Assembly: GCA_963826525.1 (NCBI GenBank)
Contig: CAWGXH010000004.1
Location: 1,440,001 to 1,504,000 of the forward strand
Origin: an uncultured Methanomicrobiaceae archaeon
GTDB lineage: Archaea; Halobacteriota; Methanomicrobia; Methanomicrobiales; Methanoculleaceae
Reading direction: 5' to 3'
DNA: 64,000 nt
Shown here: positions 21,553 to 31,886 of the stretch, in pieces
Position numbering within the stretch: the stretch's first letter is position 1
Layout of the letters: each line of letters starts with the position of its first letter
Made by a program: the position numbers and the translations under genes
Notes under the pieces: model-generated
What the model saw: only the letters and a program-made list of their open reading frames with translations
What the model was told of the DNA's origin: nothing
The model's database searches: none

Positions 21553-21930
21553 ATGCCTCACAAGTGCACGCAATGCGGCAGGGAGTTTGAGGACGGTTCG
21601 ACGAAGATCCTGAAGGGATGTCCGAGCTGCGGCGGGAAGAAGTTCCTCTACATCCGCGAGGCGCACCGGCACGATGATGTGCTCGAGGAGAAGACCATCG
21701 AGGAGATTGCCGGGGATACCGGAGTGGATGTTCTCGAGGTGAAGCCTGCCGGCACCTCGCGGAACGTTGAGATCTACGATCGTGTCGAGAGCATCCGGGT
21801 TCTCGGTCCGGGCTCGTATGAACTGAATATCGAGAAGATGGCGCAGAGCGACGAGGTCGTTGTTCGTCTCGACCGTGAGGGGAAGTATATGGTGGACATC
21901 CTCTCGATGTCGAAGAAGAAGAAGGAATAG
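21553..21930 (+). CDS. Zn-ribbon protein (OapC/ArvC-like, DUF2072)
   Basis: MPHKCTQCG...GCPSCGGKKF, ESIRVLGPGSYELN. Confidence 0.87.
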   Translation: MPHKCTQCGREFEDGSTKILKGCPSCGGKKFLYIREAHRHDDVLEEKTIEEIAGDTGVDVLEVKPAGTSRNVEIYDRVESIRVLGPGSYELNIEKMAQSDEVVVRLDREGKYMVDILSMSKKKKE

Positions 21931-22210
21931 CGTTCTCGGGGTACGTTAGTTCCGGAAATTACTAAAACGCTCTCTTTTTCCCGTTATTTTTATTCCGAAG
22001 GTATAAATCTCCTGACGACAATATATCGTGCAGAAGACTCCGATACGTGAGGCCAGGGCACGGTCGCCGTCACAGTCGCGGGGGCGCTATGCGTCTTCCG
22101 TGGTCGTTCGCGGGCAAGCTCCTTTCACTCTTCAACGATTGCCCGCCGGTTTTTGACCCATGTCGCCTCTTTCACTGGTGTATGCACGGAGAGTCACACG
22201 GAGGAAACAG

Positions 22211-23330
22211 ATGAAGCCCCGCTATATCTCATCACTCAATCAGATCGACGGATTTGGCGTCCATGCGCCCGGCGATCTCTCACAAATTACCGATACGTTC
22301 GCATTCCGTGCAAACGAATACTACCTCTCGCTCATCAACTGGCAGGATACGGCCGATCCTATCCGCCGCCTCATCATCCCCTGCATGGAGGAGCTCGAAG
22401 AGTGGGGAAGGCTCGACCCCTCGTCCGAAGGATCGTATACCGTCACGCCCGGACTGCAGCATAAGTACCGCGAGACCGCCCTGCTGCTCGTGAGCGATCT
22501 CTGCGGCGGGCTCTGCCGCTACTGTTTCCGGAAACGCCTCTTCATCAACGACGGGCGCGAGGTGAAGAAGGATGTCTCGGAAGGGATCGCCTATATCCGG
22601 CAGCACCCCGAGATCACCAACGTCCTCCTCACCGGGGGCGACCCGCTGATCCTGCCGACCGAGCAGACTCCGCGGGATCATCGGCGAGCTGCGGCAGATC
22701 GACCACGTCCGGATCATCAGGATCGGGTCGAAGATGCCGGCGTTCAACCCGTACCGGATCGTGGACGATCCCGCTCTCCCGGATCTCATCCGTGAGTACA
22801 GCACCGAGGAGAAACGGATCTACATCATGGCGCAGTTCAATCATCCGCGTGAACTGACCGAGATCGCCCGGCAGGGGCTTTCGCTGCTGCAGGATGCCGG
22901 AGCCATGATTATGAACCAGACGCCCCTGATCCGCGGGATCAACGACGATCCGGAGGTGCTTGCCCGGCTCTTTAAGGAGCTCTCGTTCATCGGCGTCGCC
23001 CCCTACTATGTCTTCCAGTGCCGCCCGACGGTCGGCAATCGCACCTATGCCGTACCGGTCGAGGAGTCCTACCAGATCTTCGAGCAGGCACGCGGCATGT
23101 GCTCGGGCCTCGCGAAACGTGCCCGGTTCGTGATGTCCCACGCGACCGGCAAGATCGAGGTGGTGGGCAGGACGCCGGAGTATACGTTCTTCAAGTACAA
23201 CCAGGCGGCCGATCCTGCGAATATCGGGCGGTTCATGGTCTATAAGAGCAATCCGGAGGCATACTGGTTCGACGAGTATACGGAGCTCGTCGACGAGGGA
23301 CAGATTCTCGGCGAGGACGGTGACGAGTAG
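22211..23330 (+). CDS. KamA-family radical SAM protein (lysine 2,3-aminomutase-like), +1 frameshift near 22666
   Basis: GLQHKY, CGGLCRYCFRK, LLTGGDPL, then IRIGSK, FNHPREL, NQTPLIRGINDD, PYYVFQCRP in the next frame; GGAGG RBS before ATG 22211. Confidence 0.9.
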
Positions 23331-23609
23331 TTCCGTCTCCCGATGTTGCCGTCCGGACTCTCCGGCCGGTTTTCGTCCCGGATCGTGAAACTCTGCGGAT
23401 TACTGGAAGAAAATTGATATGCCGGTTCTCATGGAGAACCCTGCATCCCATGAGGCAGCGTGTACACCACCGGGCGTCTCACCGGGCGCAGCCTCCCCGA
23501 TACGGTGCAGGTGCCGACCTGCCCTCCCGCCGAGCGGAGAAGCGCACCCGGTCGTCGGACTGCCCTGCTCCGCTGCTCCTTCTCTGGTTTGCCGGACGGC
23601 TTTCCGGCA

Positions 23610-24567
23610 CTACTTTATGCGAACCGGCTTGATCTTCGAATCTTTGCCTGTTATCAATCCTATCTTCTTCAGGTCGTTCAGGACGCCGTTCGCATACTCT
23701 TCGGTCAGGATGAACGATGCAGAGTCCTGCTCCTCGTTCAGCGGGGCGTCGAAGGAGAGCGACTCTTCCAGGAGTTCCTCTCTGCTTGCGCGTCCCCGCT
23801 CTTCGAGAACGGTCATGATGCGTTCGATGATGAATTGCTTGAAGGCGATGTTCGTCCGGAGCATGTCGGCGTCGTCCTCATCGACGTCCATCTCACCGAG
23901 AATCTCAAAGAGCGGTTCAGGGTCGTCGATCAGCATGACCTCCGGTCCAAGCGAGGCGATATACCGCTCCTCCGCGATGACCGTGATCTTTACGGTCAAT
24001 CTCGTATTCGCGAAGCGTTCCGGGCTCGACTTCGACGAAGGGATACTCGGGGCAGTAGGTGTATGCCTCTTCAGGCTCGATGGTCCTGACGAGGCGGAGC
24101 CCCTCGTTGGTCTCTTCAACAAGCCCGTTCTCCTCGAGCAGGGCATTGATCCCGATCGCGGTGATGATGGCGTCGGCTTCTTCCGGGTCCGGTTTGCCGC
24201 CCTGCTCATCGGCTGCCATCTTCCCGATGATCGTGGTGAGATCCTGCATGAGGGACCGTTCGGGGATGATCCCGCCGACCGGGTGCTCTTCGAAGAACCG
24301 CCGAAGGTTCTCCCGCCTGCGCTCTATTCCTGCCTTCATAGTGACGCACAGTGCAACGAGTTCTGCCATGTCAGGGTCATCTTCGTGCCGGGCAATCTCC
24401 CTATCCAGCAGTTCGAGAATACTCCGTATCCTGCCGTGAAACATCGTCTCGGGGATGATCGCGTGCTCCGTCCTGACCTTCCCGCTGCAGCCCGCAGCGC
24501 GAACCTGTTTTACGAACTCCTCCGCATCGGCTTTATCGGAGAAGACCAATTCTTCTTCAAGAACCAT
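23610..24567 (-). CDS. Acidic hypothetical protein, frame change near 23995
   Basis: ORFs 23917-24567 and 23610-24209 join into one protein-like sequence with a wHTH-like end (VLNDLKKIGLI). Confidence 0.7.
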
Positions 24568-24766
24568 TGGTCACGTCTCGGATGGATTGCGATATAACCG
24601 TATCGTATGTGGTGGGGGAGTGCACCGCCGTCCGGGACGTGCGAGCGAGGTTTCCTGTGGGCGGAGAGCTCGATCTCCCGCAGTCTCGGAAGGGATTTTG
24701 TGGTTACGGGGCGAGATCCGCCTGTTGGGGAGGGCGATGAGTGCCGGTAGCGATCGGATCTCGGGG

Positions 24767-26646
24767 TTACAACCGGGCATCTTCAACGATCCGTCGGTCC
24801 TCCACGTGATCGAGCACCTCAAGGAACCGCCTCTTTCTCGCGTGCTTGCGCCGCAGTTCCTCGATATACTCCCTCCCACGCTGGGGTTTCCATACGCGTT
24901 CGCATCTTTCTCAGGTACCGTACGGACTCCTCGTACCGACTGCGGGCGGGTTTCGGCGATGAGCCTCTCCGCCTTTTTCTTCCATATGGCAATCGCCCGC
25001 TCCGGATATGTATCGACGACCGCATCCGCGACCCGGTCCTCCAGATTATGCCTCAGGTAGCGGTCAATTATGTCTTCTTCCCACCGGTCGTACCAGCGAA
25101 GGACATCGCCCGGTTTCTTCTCCGCAATCGCGATCTCGATAAGGGTGTCGGCGACCGGAGCATTGATCTCCCATCGCGGCGCCCGAACCGCCATGCCCGT
25201 ATCGGGGAGCACTCCGGGGATCGCGCCATCTCCCGCCGTGGGCCTCTCCCCGGTGATCAGGTACTGCATCGCAGCGTCTCTGACCTCGTCCCTGACCCCG
25301 GCACGGCGTGACGCCTCCTCCAGGCACCTGAAGGCCTGGTACGTCGGTTCGCGGAAGAACTCTTCGGTACGGATGGCGGCTACGGCAGGCCAGTTACCTT
25401 CTCTCTCCCGCATCTCGCGCAGGATGGTCATGAGTTCGTCGGCAATACCGGGAGCCGTCTCCTCCGTTGCCGAGATGCCCCGATTGATCCACTGCAGCGC
25501 CTCGTCACGCCGGCCTTTGCGGAGCAGGCGTGCAGCAAGCTCCGGATAGCTATCCGTCCTGTCGGCCTCCGCCATCTGAAGGATTGTTGCCTCGTCCTGC
25601 CGGCCCGCCCTGTCAAGCGCAGCCACGGTTCTGGTCACGAGGCGTTCCCGGTGATACCGGGAGGAGAAGTCGTCGGTTTTCCGTAACGGGATGCTCTCTT
25701 CCAGCCGTTTCAGAAGCCGGTCTGCAACGATGCCCCACTCCTCTTCCGGGTAGTCTTCCGCGAGCAGTCTCCCCGCTCCCGCGCAGAGGTCGTACTCGTC
25801 TTCAAGATCGGCCTCGATCGCGGAGAGTATTTTTTCATGCGCAGGCCGCGGCGAGCCGGCGAGGGCGGAAAAGACCACATCCATGCACGACGCGATCTGT
25901 TCGGCGGTCTCGCCCTCGTCATCGACCATCTCGATCTGCCTGGTTCCCTTCCGCAGGAGAACTTCTCCGGCCAGGACCACCTCGCCCGGATACCCCATTG
26001 AGAGCAGGGCCTCCATCCTCTCCCGCACCTGCGAGTAGTCGGGGATGCCGCCGCCCCGGTAATCGCCCCACGACCTTTCATCGGTTACGGCATCGATCTC
26101 GGCGAGCAGCGCTTCAACGAGCGGGCCGGCATCCCCTGCTGCAATGGAACGCCGGTCGTCGATCGCCCTTCTTACGTGAGGATCGTGCCAGGCCAGCGTT
26201 TCGAGGAGATCGACCAGTTCTTCTTTTGTCAGCCGTTCGAGATAGGGGCGCAGGGGCGGTTCCGCCGATGGGGCAGTCTCCCTGTAATCCGGATCGAGCA
26301 GCCGCAGCCGTGGGTCGTCTTCGGCTGCGGTTGGGATGGGAAGGCCTTTCTTCACCGATTCGAGGTATTCCAGCACGACGGCGACCGCATGCTTGCACGA
26401 AGTTCCCACCGGGCAGGTGCATCGGGACTCGATAGCCTCACCGTCCGTGGAGACGGTGGTTGCATACCTCCCGGTGCCGGCCACCCACGCGATCAGGTCG
26501 CCATAGGGAAGGCACGCAAGGTCCCGCACCCGTCCTTCACGCTGGTAGCGTTTACCGCGGGAGAGCGTCTTTGCGCCAGCCCACTCAGCCAGATCTCCCC
26601 AGGTCAGCGTCCTGAAAATATTGGAACTATCGGGTTCTCCTGCCAT
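24767..26646 (-). CDS. SWIM zinc-finger protein with long helical C-terminus (frame changes near 24940 and 24870)
   Basis: RGKRYQREGRV, CTCPVGTSCKHAVAV (SWIM); C-terminus reconstructed as YEESVRYLRKM...ELRRKHARKRRFLEVLD, stop at 24767. Confidence 0.88.
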
Positions 26647-26845
26647 GCGAACCACCTTGCCTTCTGGTAAGGTACCCGGGGCATGATGAATGCTTTGACC
26701 GGCGTCCGGGATATGGCTGTACCCGCACCTGCCGCCGAGACGCGGGCACCTATTTGGGAACACCCCCGGTTGAAAAGTTTAACCAGAATTCGCCAGAGGT
26801 GTCAGCAGTTCCGGACATTACATCGATGATTGTTTGGCAATGTCT

Positions 26846-27841
26846 TTAGAATTCGAGGCTCTGGAATCTACTCTTTTTACTAAAAGATTTTTCTTTGGGC
26901 GGTTTTTCGGGCGGTTCCTTGGGCGGAGTTATGGTTCTGCAATATTCCTGTTTGTCCGGGAGCCTGATATCGACCTTCATCATTCTCCTGACCGTAGCTC
27001 CGGGTGTTGTTTGTTTAAGTGGAATGTCCAGTTCAAAAATCTTATCGCCATCGTCCGTTCTGTCAATGCGCTCTATTAACTTTTGAGCAATTCCGTCGGG
27101 CAGGTTGAAACAAATCCTTTGACCATCCAAGTGCAAATCGAAAATGGTTCCACCGTTCCGCGCTCTTCGACTGATCTTTACGCCGGGGATTCGATCCGTA
27201 TCTGAAGGAATTCGAACCTCTTCTATCCATCCCTTATCACCAACCAATAGTACGGGATAAGCATTATCGACAATACCAACTACCAGCGTCGGCATATCTT
27301 TGAAACAATCAGCCGTAGTCTGGAAGTATTCGAATTTTTCCGTAAGGTCTTTCTTTTTAAGACTTTTCAGTATATCACTGTCAATGTCGGAAACGAATTT
27401 TTTAATTCCTTGAGTAATGTGGGTCATTTCTCTAATGCCAGAAAACGAAACAAGGAATATATTATGTGCCCATGCGTAATTCTGAGCTTCACGGGAATAC
27501 GGACCGGCACTGAATACGCACCCGACATCTAAATACCTGTGAGGAGTATTCCGTTCCTTATCCTTGCCGACGACGTAGTTTTCGGAAATATCCTGTACAA
27601 CGCCGAAAAAATTTCTTATCGTTTCGAGTCCTACGGTTCGATTGTAACACTTGGCTTCGGCCAGTAACCGGATTGGATACGTGAACGCCGTGGGAATTTC
27701 CAGCGTACCATATGTATCGATCTGGTGAGGTGCTCCTCTTCCTTCCAGCATTCCAGTATTCACGCCGACGTATCCAGCTTCTTTGAGTAAATCCCAGATT
27801 ACCTTCTCAAAGACATAACCGCGAGCTTGAAACTCCTTCAT
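26846..27841 (-). CDS. Mrr-like (PD-(D/E)xK) restriction endonuclease family protein, low GC
   Basis: GYVFE..IWDLL..AGY, QID, LLAEAKCY catalytic pattern; no neighbouring methyltransferase. Confidence 0.75.
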   Translation of the reverse strand: MKEFQARGYVFEKVIWDLLKEAGYVGVNTGMLEGRGAPHQIDTYGTLEIPTAFTYPIRLLAEAKCYNRTVGLETIRNFFGVVQDISENYVVGKDKERNTPHRYLDVGCVFSAGPYSREAQNYAWAHNIFLVSFSGIREMTHITQGIKKFVSDIDSDILKSLKKKDLTEKFEYFQTTADCFKDMPTLVVGIVDNAYPVLLVGDKGWIEEVRIPSDTDRIPGVKISRRARNGGTIFDLHLDGQRICFNLPDGIAQKLIERIDRTDDGDKIFELDIPLKQTTPGATVRRMMKVDIRLPDKQEYCRTITPPKEPPEKPPKEKSFSKKSRFQSLEF

Positions 27842-28028
27842 ATGCACCCTCGAGCTTATAGATGTCTCTCGTTGGAATTCTGTAATATACCTATGGATTG
27901 CAGGCTCAGTCGGAAACGGTGTGTTCGAGGGATTGTTCCAATCTACAGTGGAATGGAAATCTACGTATGCTTAGTATACATGATGCACATTGTGTGCTTG
28001 GCAAACCCCATGCGCTGTGGTGAGAGAA

Positions 28029-28574
28029 ATGGAAATCGGTGCTGAAGAAATTGGAAAAAACTCGTCTGACTGGAAGAACATTCGAATTAAGGAAGACACC
28101 TATACTCGTCTCTCCGCCCTTGGGTCGATGAAGGACAGCTTCGATGACGTCATCAACCGGCTCCTAGACTACTACGAATTCCCTGCGTCGAAATCTATCG
28201 ATAACCTCCGGAAGTACGCGGCGCTGCCGGAAGACGCCGGGTATGCAGAAGCCGCTCTTAAACTGCTCGAGGTTATCCTGAACCTGGGAGATGACATTTC
28301 GTTTACGCTGATGATCGACCGAAGCGACAGATCCGATCTGCCCCTTGATGAGAATCGGAAAAATCTGGCAGTCTTCAGCAGGAACAAGACTCCGTTTGTG
28401 ATTGTGAAGATGGCGAGGTTGGGTCAGGCCTATACCTACGTACCCACCAGGTACCCCGATGCCGTATCCCCCTACCGTGGATGGAAGTACCTCAACAATG
28501 TGTATGACAGAGACTCATTGGAGAGAACGGTGAAGAGTCTCCGGAATTATTACGACACGATGATCTTCGAGTAA
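28029..28574 (+). CDS. Hypothetical protein with N-terminal ribbon-helix-helix/antitoxin-like domain
   Basis: KNIRIKEDTYTRLSALGSMKDSFDDVINRLLD matches the archaeal RHH antitoxin pattern; about 130 aa unknown C-terminus. Confidence 0.7.
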   Translation: MEIGAEEIGKNSSDWKNIRIKEDTYTRLSALGSMKDSFDDVINRLLDYYEFPASKSIDNLRKYAALPEDAGYAEAALKLLEVILNLGDDISFTLMIDRSDRSDLPLDENRKNLAVFSRNKTPFVIVKMARLGQAYTYVPTRYPDAVSPYRGWKYLNNVYDRDSLERTVKSLRNYYDTMIFE

Positions 28575-28602
28575 ATCGACGATTTTCCTACGGGATGCCG
28601 GG

Positions 28603-28637
28603 TTGAGCGGTGGGTACGGGAGACCCACCCTCTCAAT
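28603..28637. terminator. Hairpin between convergent genes
   Basis: TTGAGCGGTGGGT-ACGGGAG-ACCCACCCTCTCAA imperfect stem-loop. Confidence 0.4.
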
Positions 28638-28770
28638 GCCTGAAAAGATGGCTAAATTAACGTTACTTTTCGATTTTACCGCCTGTTTCAGATGGTGAAT
28701 CTCGGCCCTGGAATTAATTGCAGGATATCGTCCCGATTCCTGGAATATGGCAGGATCGCAGGGCTATGTT

Positions 28771-28874
28771 GGTCGTATGAGCGCCAGTAATTTTCAGGGG
28801 GTGGATACTATGCCTCGCCTTGAGATCGGCCGTCTGCGGCCGTCTGTGGGCGTGTTTTTTGGGGGGATTGGGGG
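28771..28874 (+). repeat. About 105-bp imperfect direct repeat, copy 1
   Basis: Aligns with 31887-31990, including the identical core GAGATCGGCCGTCTGCGGCCGTCTGTG. Confidence 0.85.
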
Positions 28875-28880
28875 TTTCGA

Positions 28881-30245
28881 TCACTCCAGCACCTCCCAGT
28901 GACCGCCCCGAGCAGAGCCGATACGGCATAGCCGACCATCGGCACGAAGTTTGGCGATCTGCTTCTCGACCGCTCTCTGCGTGATTCCCAGCCTTTCTCC
29001 AATCTCTCTTGCCGCAAGCTCCGGTTCGGACTTCAGGAGAGCAAGAATTTTCTCCGAACTTTTCTCCGAACTTTTCTCCGAACTTTTCTCCGCCTTTCGG
29101 CGAATAGTGACGGTGAAGAGGCACCCGTCCCGATCGTCATTAAAGTCGATATCCGGCCAGTCCTCAAGTGCCCGCTTGATGCCGGAGCCGAGACCACGAT
29201 ATGGCAGCAGTCCCTTTGCGACGTACGATGCCAGAATTGGATTGCGGATGTTGGAATTCCCTGTCCGGATCTGCGCCACCGTCAGGTTGTTCGGGAGGTG
29301 GCCGGGGCTAACGATCTCGATCCGGTTATCGAAGATGAACAGTCGGATCGGTGCGCTGATCAGATAGTCCCGGTGCACCAGGGCGTTGACCAGCAGCTCC
29401 TCAAAGACCGCCTGCGAAATCTCCGGAACTCCCGGGGCATTGATCCCCTTGCCGCCCTGGATTTTCCGGAGATTGCGCATGACAAAGGCCATGGCACCCT
29501 CGAAGATGTCGGGGAGCGTTCCCGTGAAATCCTCGGTGTCGAGATACTCACGTACGTGAATGGCATTGCCGGGATAGCGGATGGCCTTGATGATGAACTG
29601 CGGTTTGATCCACTCGGGCTTCTCAGCAAAGAGGAGCACGCCGGCAAGGTTCAGCATACCGTCGTCCGTGGTCAGGTTCATGTTCCGCAGGAGTGTCACA
29701 AGTTCTTCGGGTGAGTCCGGAAAAGGCTGATTATAGACATCTCGCAGGAAGTCCCGAAATCGCAGCCGGTCAAGTTTGTCAATACCTGCTCTGGTCGGTA
29801 GTCCGTCGCCATGGAACTGATCGACGCTCTGGAAGAGGCGGCGAAGTTCTTCCCGGGAGTTTACTCGTCGTTTGTCCGCGCCGTTTTTGAACCAGATCAC
29901 GCCGTTTTTATCAAAGTAGGGTTTATCCTGCCCCTTCGGAACGGTGAGCACGATGACGATGCGATCGTCGCCTACCTGAATATTCTCGGTCCGCACTGTC
30001 AGCGGGCTCTTCACATGCTGCGAGGCCGCATTGCTGATAAGCTGGTTGATCCGATTCACATCCGTGCGCGAAAGGCCCGGTACGGAACCATCATCAGCAA
30101 CGCCGAGAAAAAGCGTGCCTCCTTCGGCGTTGGCAAATGCCGCCATCTCCGCCGCCAGGGCGTCGGCATTGGTGATATCACGCTTGAACTGGTGGCGGCT
30201 GTCTTCGCCGGAGGTGATCTGGGCTCGAAGGGTTTCAGGGATCAT
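28881..30245 (-). CDS. Schlafen/AlbA_2 + HATPase_c_4 + HTH protein (often annotated RecG-like or transcriptional regulator)
   Basis: GEDSRHQFK, AFANAEGGTLFLGVADDG, ELLVNALVHRDY, RIEIVSPG, RNP, GLGSGI, C-terminal HTH ending GSARGGHWEV. Confidence 0.9.
   Translation of the reverse strand: MIPETLRAQITSGEDSRHQFKRDITNADALAAEMAAFANAEGGTLFLGVADDGSVPGLSRTDVNRINQLISNAASQHVKSPLTVRTENIQVGDDRIVIVLTVPKGQDKPYFDKNGVIWFKNGADKRRVNSREELRRLFQSVDQFHGDGLPTRAGIDKLDRLRFRDFLRDVYNQPFPDSPEELVTLLRNMNLTTDDGMLNLAGVLLFAEKPEWIKPQFIIKAIRYPGNAIHVREYLDTEDFTGTLPDIFEGAMAFVMRNLRKIQGGKGINAPGVPEISQAVFEELLVNALVHRDYLISAPIRLFIFDNRIEIVSPGHLPNNLTVAQIRTGNSNIRNPILASYVAKGLLPYRGLGSGIKRALEDWPDIDFNDDRDGCLFTVTIRRKAEKSSEKSSEKSSEKILALLKSEPELAAREIGERLGITQRAVEKQIAKLRADGRLCRIGSARGGHWEVLE
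29049..29091. repeat. 12-bp tandem repeat (TTTCTCCGAACT), about 3.5 copies, encoding (SSEK)n linker
   Basis: Direct read of the sequence; protein KAEKSSEKSSEKSSEKI. Confidence 0.9.
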
Positions 30246-30372
30246 GGGGTGCCTCGTTGTGCGATGCCAGCATGGTGGTAATGGCTTTGGTGAAGGTTAT
30301 GCCCGCGGTACCTTGTCCGATCCTCTTCAGGGCGCCCGCTACATCGGAGAGGTAAAGGATATACAATCTCAT
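30235..30372 (-). pseudogene. 5' remnant of a DUF86/HEPN toxin gene
   Basis: MRLYILYLSDVAGALKRIGQGTAGITF resembles DUF86 N-termini, overlaps the MNT stop (ATGA) and ends after 45 codons with no Rx4H motif. Confidence 0.6.
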
Positions 30373-30662
30373 GCGACGAGGAGGTTCCGGGTAACCTGGC
30401 TTGGGATCTCCGGACGGAGTGCTGTCTCCGGCACGATATACACGCAAAGGCCGAGTTTCTCTTCAAGGTACTGCGACAACCCGACGAGATCAAAGAGATC
30501 CGCATCGGCACTGAACCGGGCGAGTACATCGATGTCGCTGCCCTCTTCCTGTTCCTCACGGGCATACGAGCCGAAGAGGGCAATACGCTCGACATGGTAC
30601 CGCTCGCTGATTTCGTCTTTCAGCGACCGGAGAATATCGAGGACTTCGGTGCGGGTTTTCAT
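30369..30662 (-). CDS. Minimal nucleotidyltransferase (MNT antitoxin family)
   Basis: MKTRTEVLDILR...IALFGSYAREEQ..GSDIDVL...LEEKLG. Confidence 0.88.
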   Translation of the reverse strand: MKTRTEVLDILRSLKDEISERYHVERIALFGSYAREEQEEGSDIDVLARFSADADLFDLVGLSQYLEEKLGLCVYIVPETALRPEIPSQVTRNLLVA

Positions 30663-30829
30663 ATGCTGCAGATCTCCTGCGTTCAGTCTCCTTTTGCTGC
30701 CGGAGCGCTTTAAGGTATTGCTCTCCTTTGAGTCTGCCCCGAACCCGGCACCAGCGTCGCCGCCGGAGTTTCGACAGAATGGCGGGCAGTTCGTCCAGAT
30801 CCTCTGGAGGCCGAAGCGGGGTATCAGCG

Positions 30830-31107
30830 TGGATGTTGAGCCCGAGAGTCTGGTCGGGACCAAGTGGGGACTAAGTCGGGACCAAGTGGAGGTGCTGGGT
30901 GCCTGCATGACGGAGAAGTCCATACCCGAGCTTATGGGGGCTGTCGGCAGGACAAATCGTACGAAGTTCAGGAACTCCGTGTTAAAGCCACTGATGCATG
31001 GTGGGCTGATCGAGATGACCGTTCCGGATAGGCCTCAGAGCAGCAATCAGAAGTACCGGCTCACGGAAAAGGGGCGCGCCCTGCTTGCCGGGAGGGACCC
31101 GTTGTGA
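30830..31107 (+). pseudogene. Orphan C-terminal winged-HTH fragment of a Fic/AlbA-type regulator
   Basis: GTKWGLSRDQV, RTKFRNSVLKPL..GLIEMTVPDRPQSSNQKYRLTEKG; no upstream domain or clear start. Confidence 0.65.
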
Positions 31108-31350
31108 TTGCCTGCATCACGCAGGAGTAACCCGGGCCTTACCGCCGGGGTGTGTGCCCCTCGGGGAACTGCCGCTGCAACCGCGATGGACGGCGGGGTC
31201 GCCCGGGACGCCGGGTACGATACCTGCTCGTGCCACGATCCGTCCGGTGGGGTATCCGGGCTTGAGTAGTCCCCGGTCATCGCTGTGTCGATGCCACGAT
31301 GACCGAGGGCAGGGCTGCACGGTGCGGTTTTACGGCGGCGATGCTCGTTG

Positions 31351-31669
31351 CAACATTGCAGCAGGGTTGCAGCAGGTTTCAAGCATCTGCTGCAAAGAAG
31401 GGAAAGGTCGGAGCAGGGGGCTGATGGGAAACGAGCTGCGGAAAAGAGAGATCATACACACACATGTACAGATGTACAGCAGAATGAGATAGCACACAGC
31501 ACGGTATCTGCAGATGCCTCTCCTGGTGACTGTGCCTGTGATCTGCCGGATGCTGTAATCGAACTCACGATAGAGCCACCCTGGCGCTCGATGGTGAAAC
31601 CAAGTTCCTTACGTCCTCAGAATGATTGCGGCAGATGCTGTAACTCTGCTGCAACCGTGCTGCAGGTTG
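31351..31669. repeat. About 45-bp imperfect inverted repeat pair (31351-31395 / 31626-31669)
   Basis: CAACATTGCAGCAGGGTTGCAGCAGGTTTCAAGCATCTGCTGCAA versus reverse complement CAACCTGCAGCACGGTTGCAGCAGAGTTACAGCATCTGCCGCAA. Confidence 0.8.
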
Positions 31670-31886
31670 TACATCGCATGGGGAAGATCCCGGCCCTCCC
31701 CGGGCTGTCCGGCTACTGGGGGGTTACGCAGGTGCGGGGGATGCCCCCTCCCGGTCATGAAAAACGGTCGATTTGCGGGTATTTTCCGATTTTGAGGCCG
31801 GTTTCAGAGGGCGGCTCTTGCCAAAATAATTCTGGTGGTATATGTCGCTCCGATGGTGGAAAGGGGAAAAATCCGGGAGGTATACT

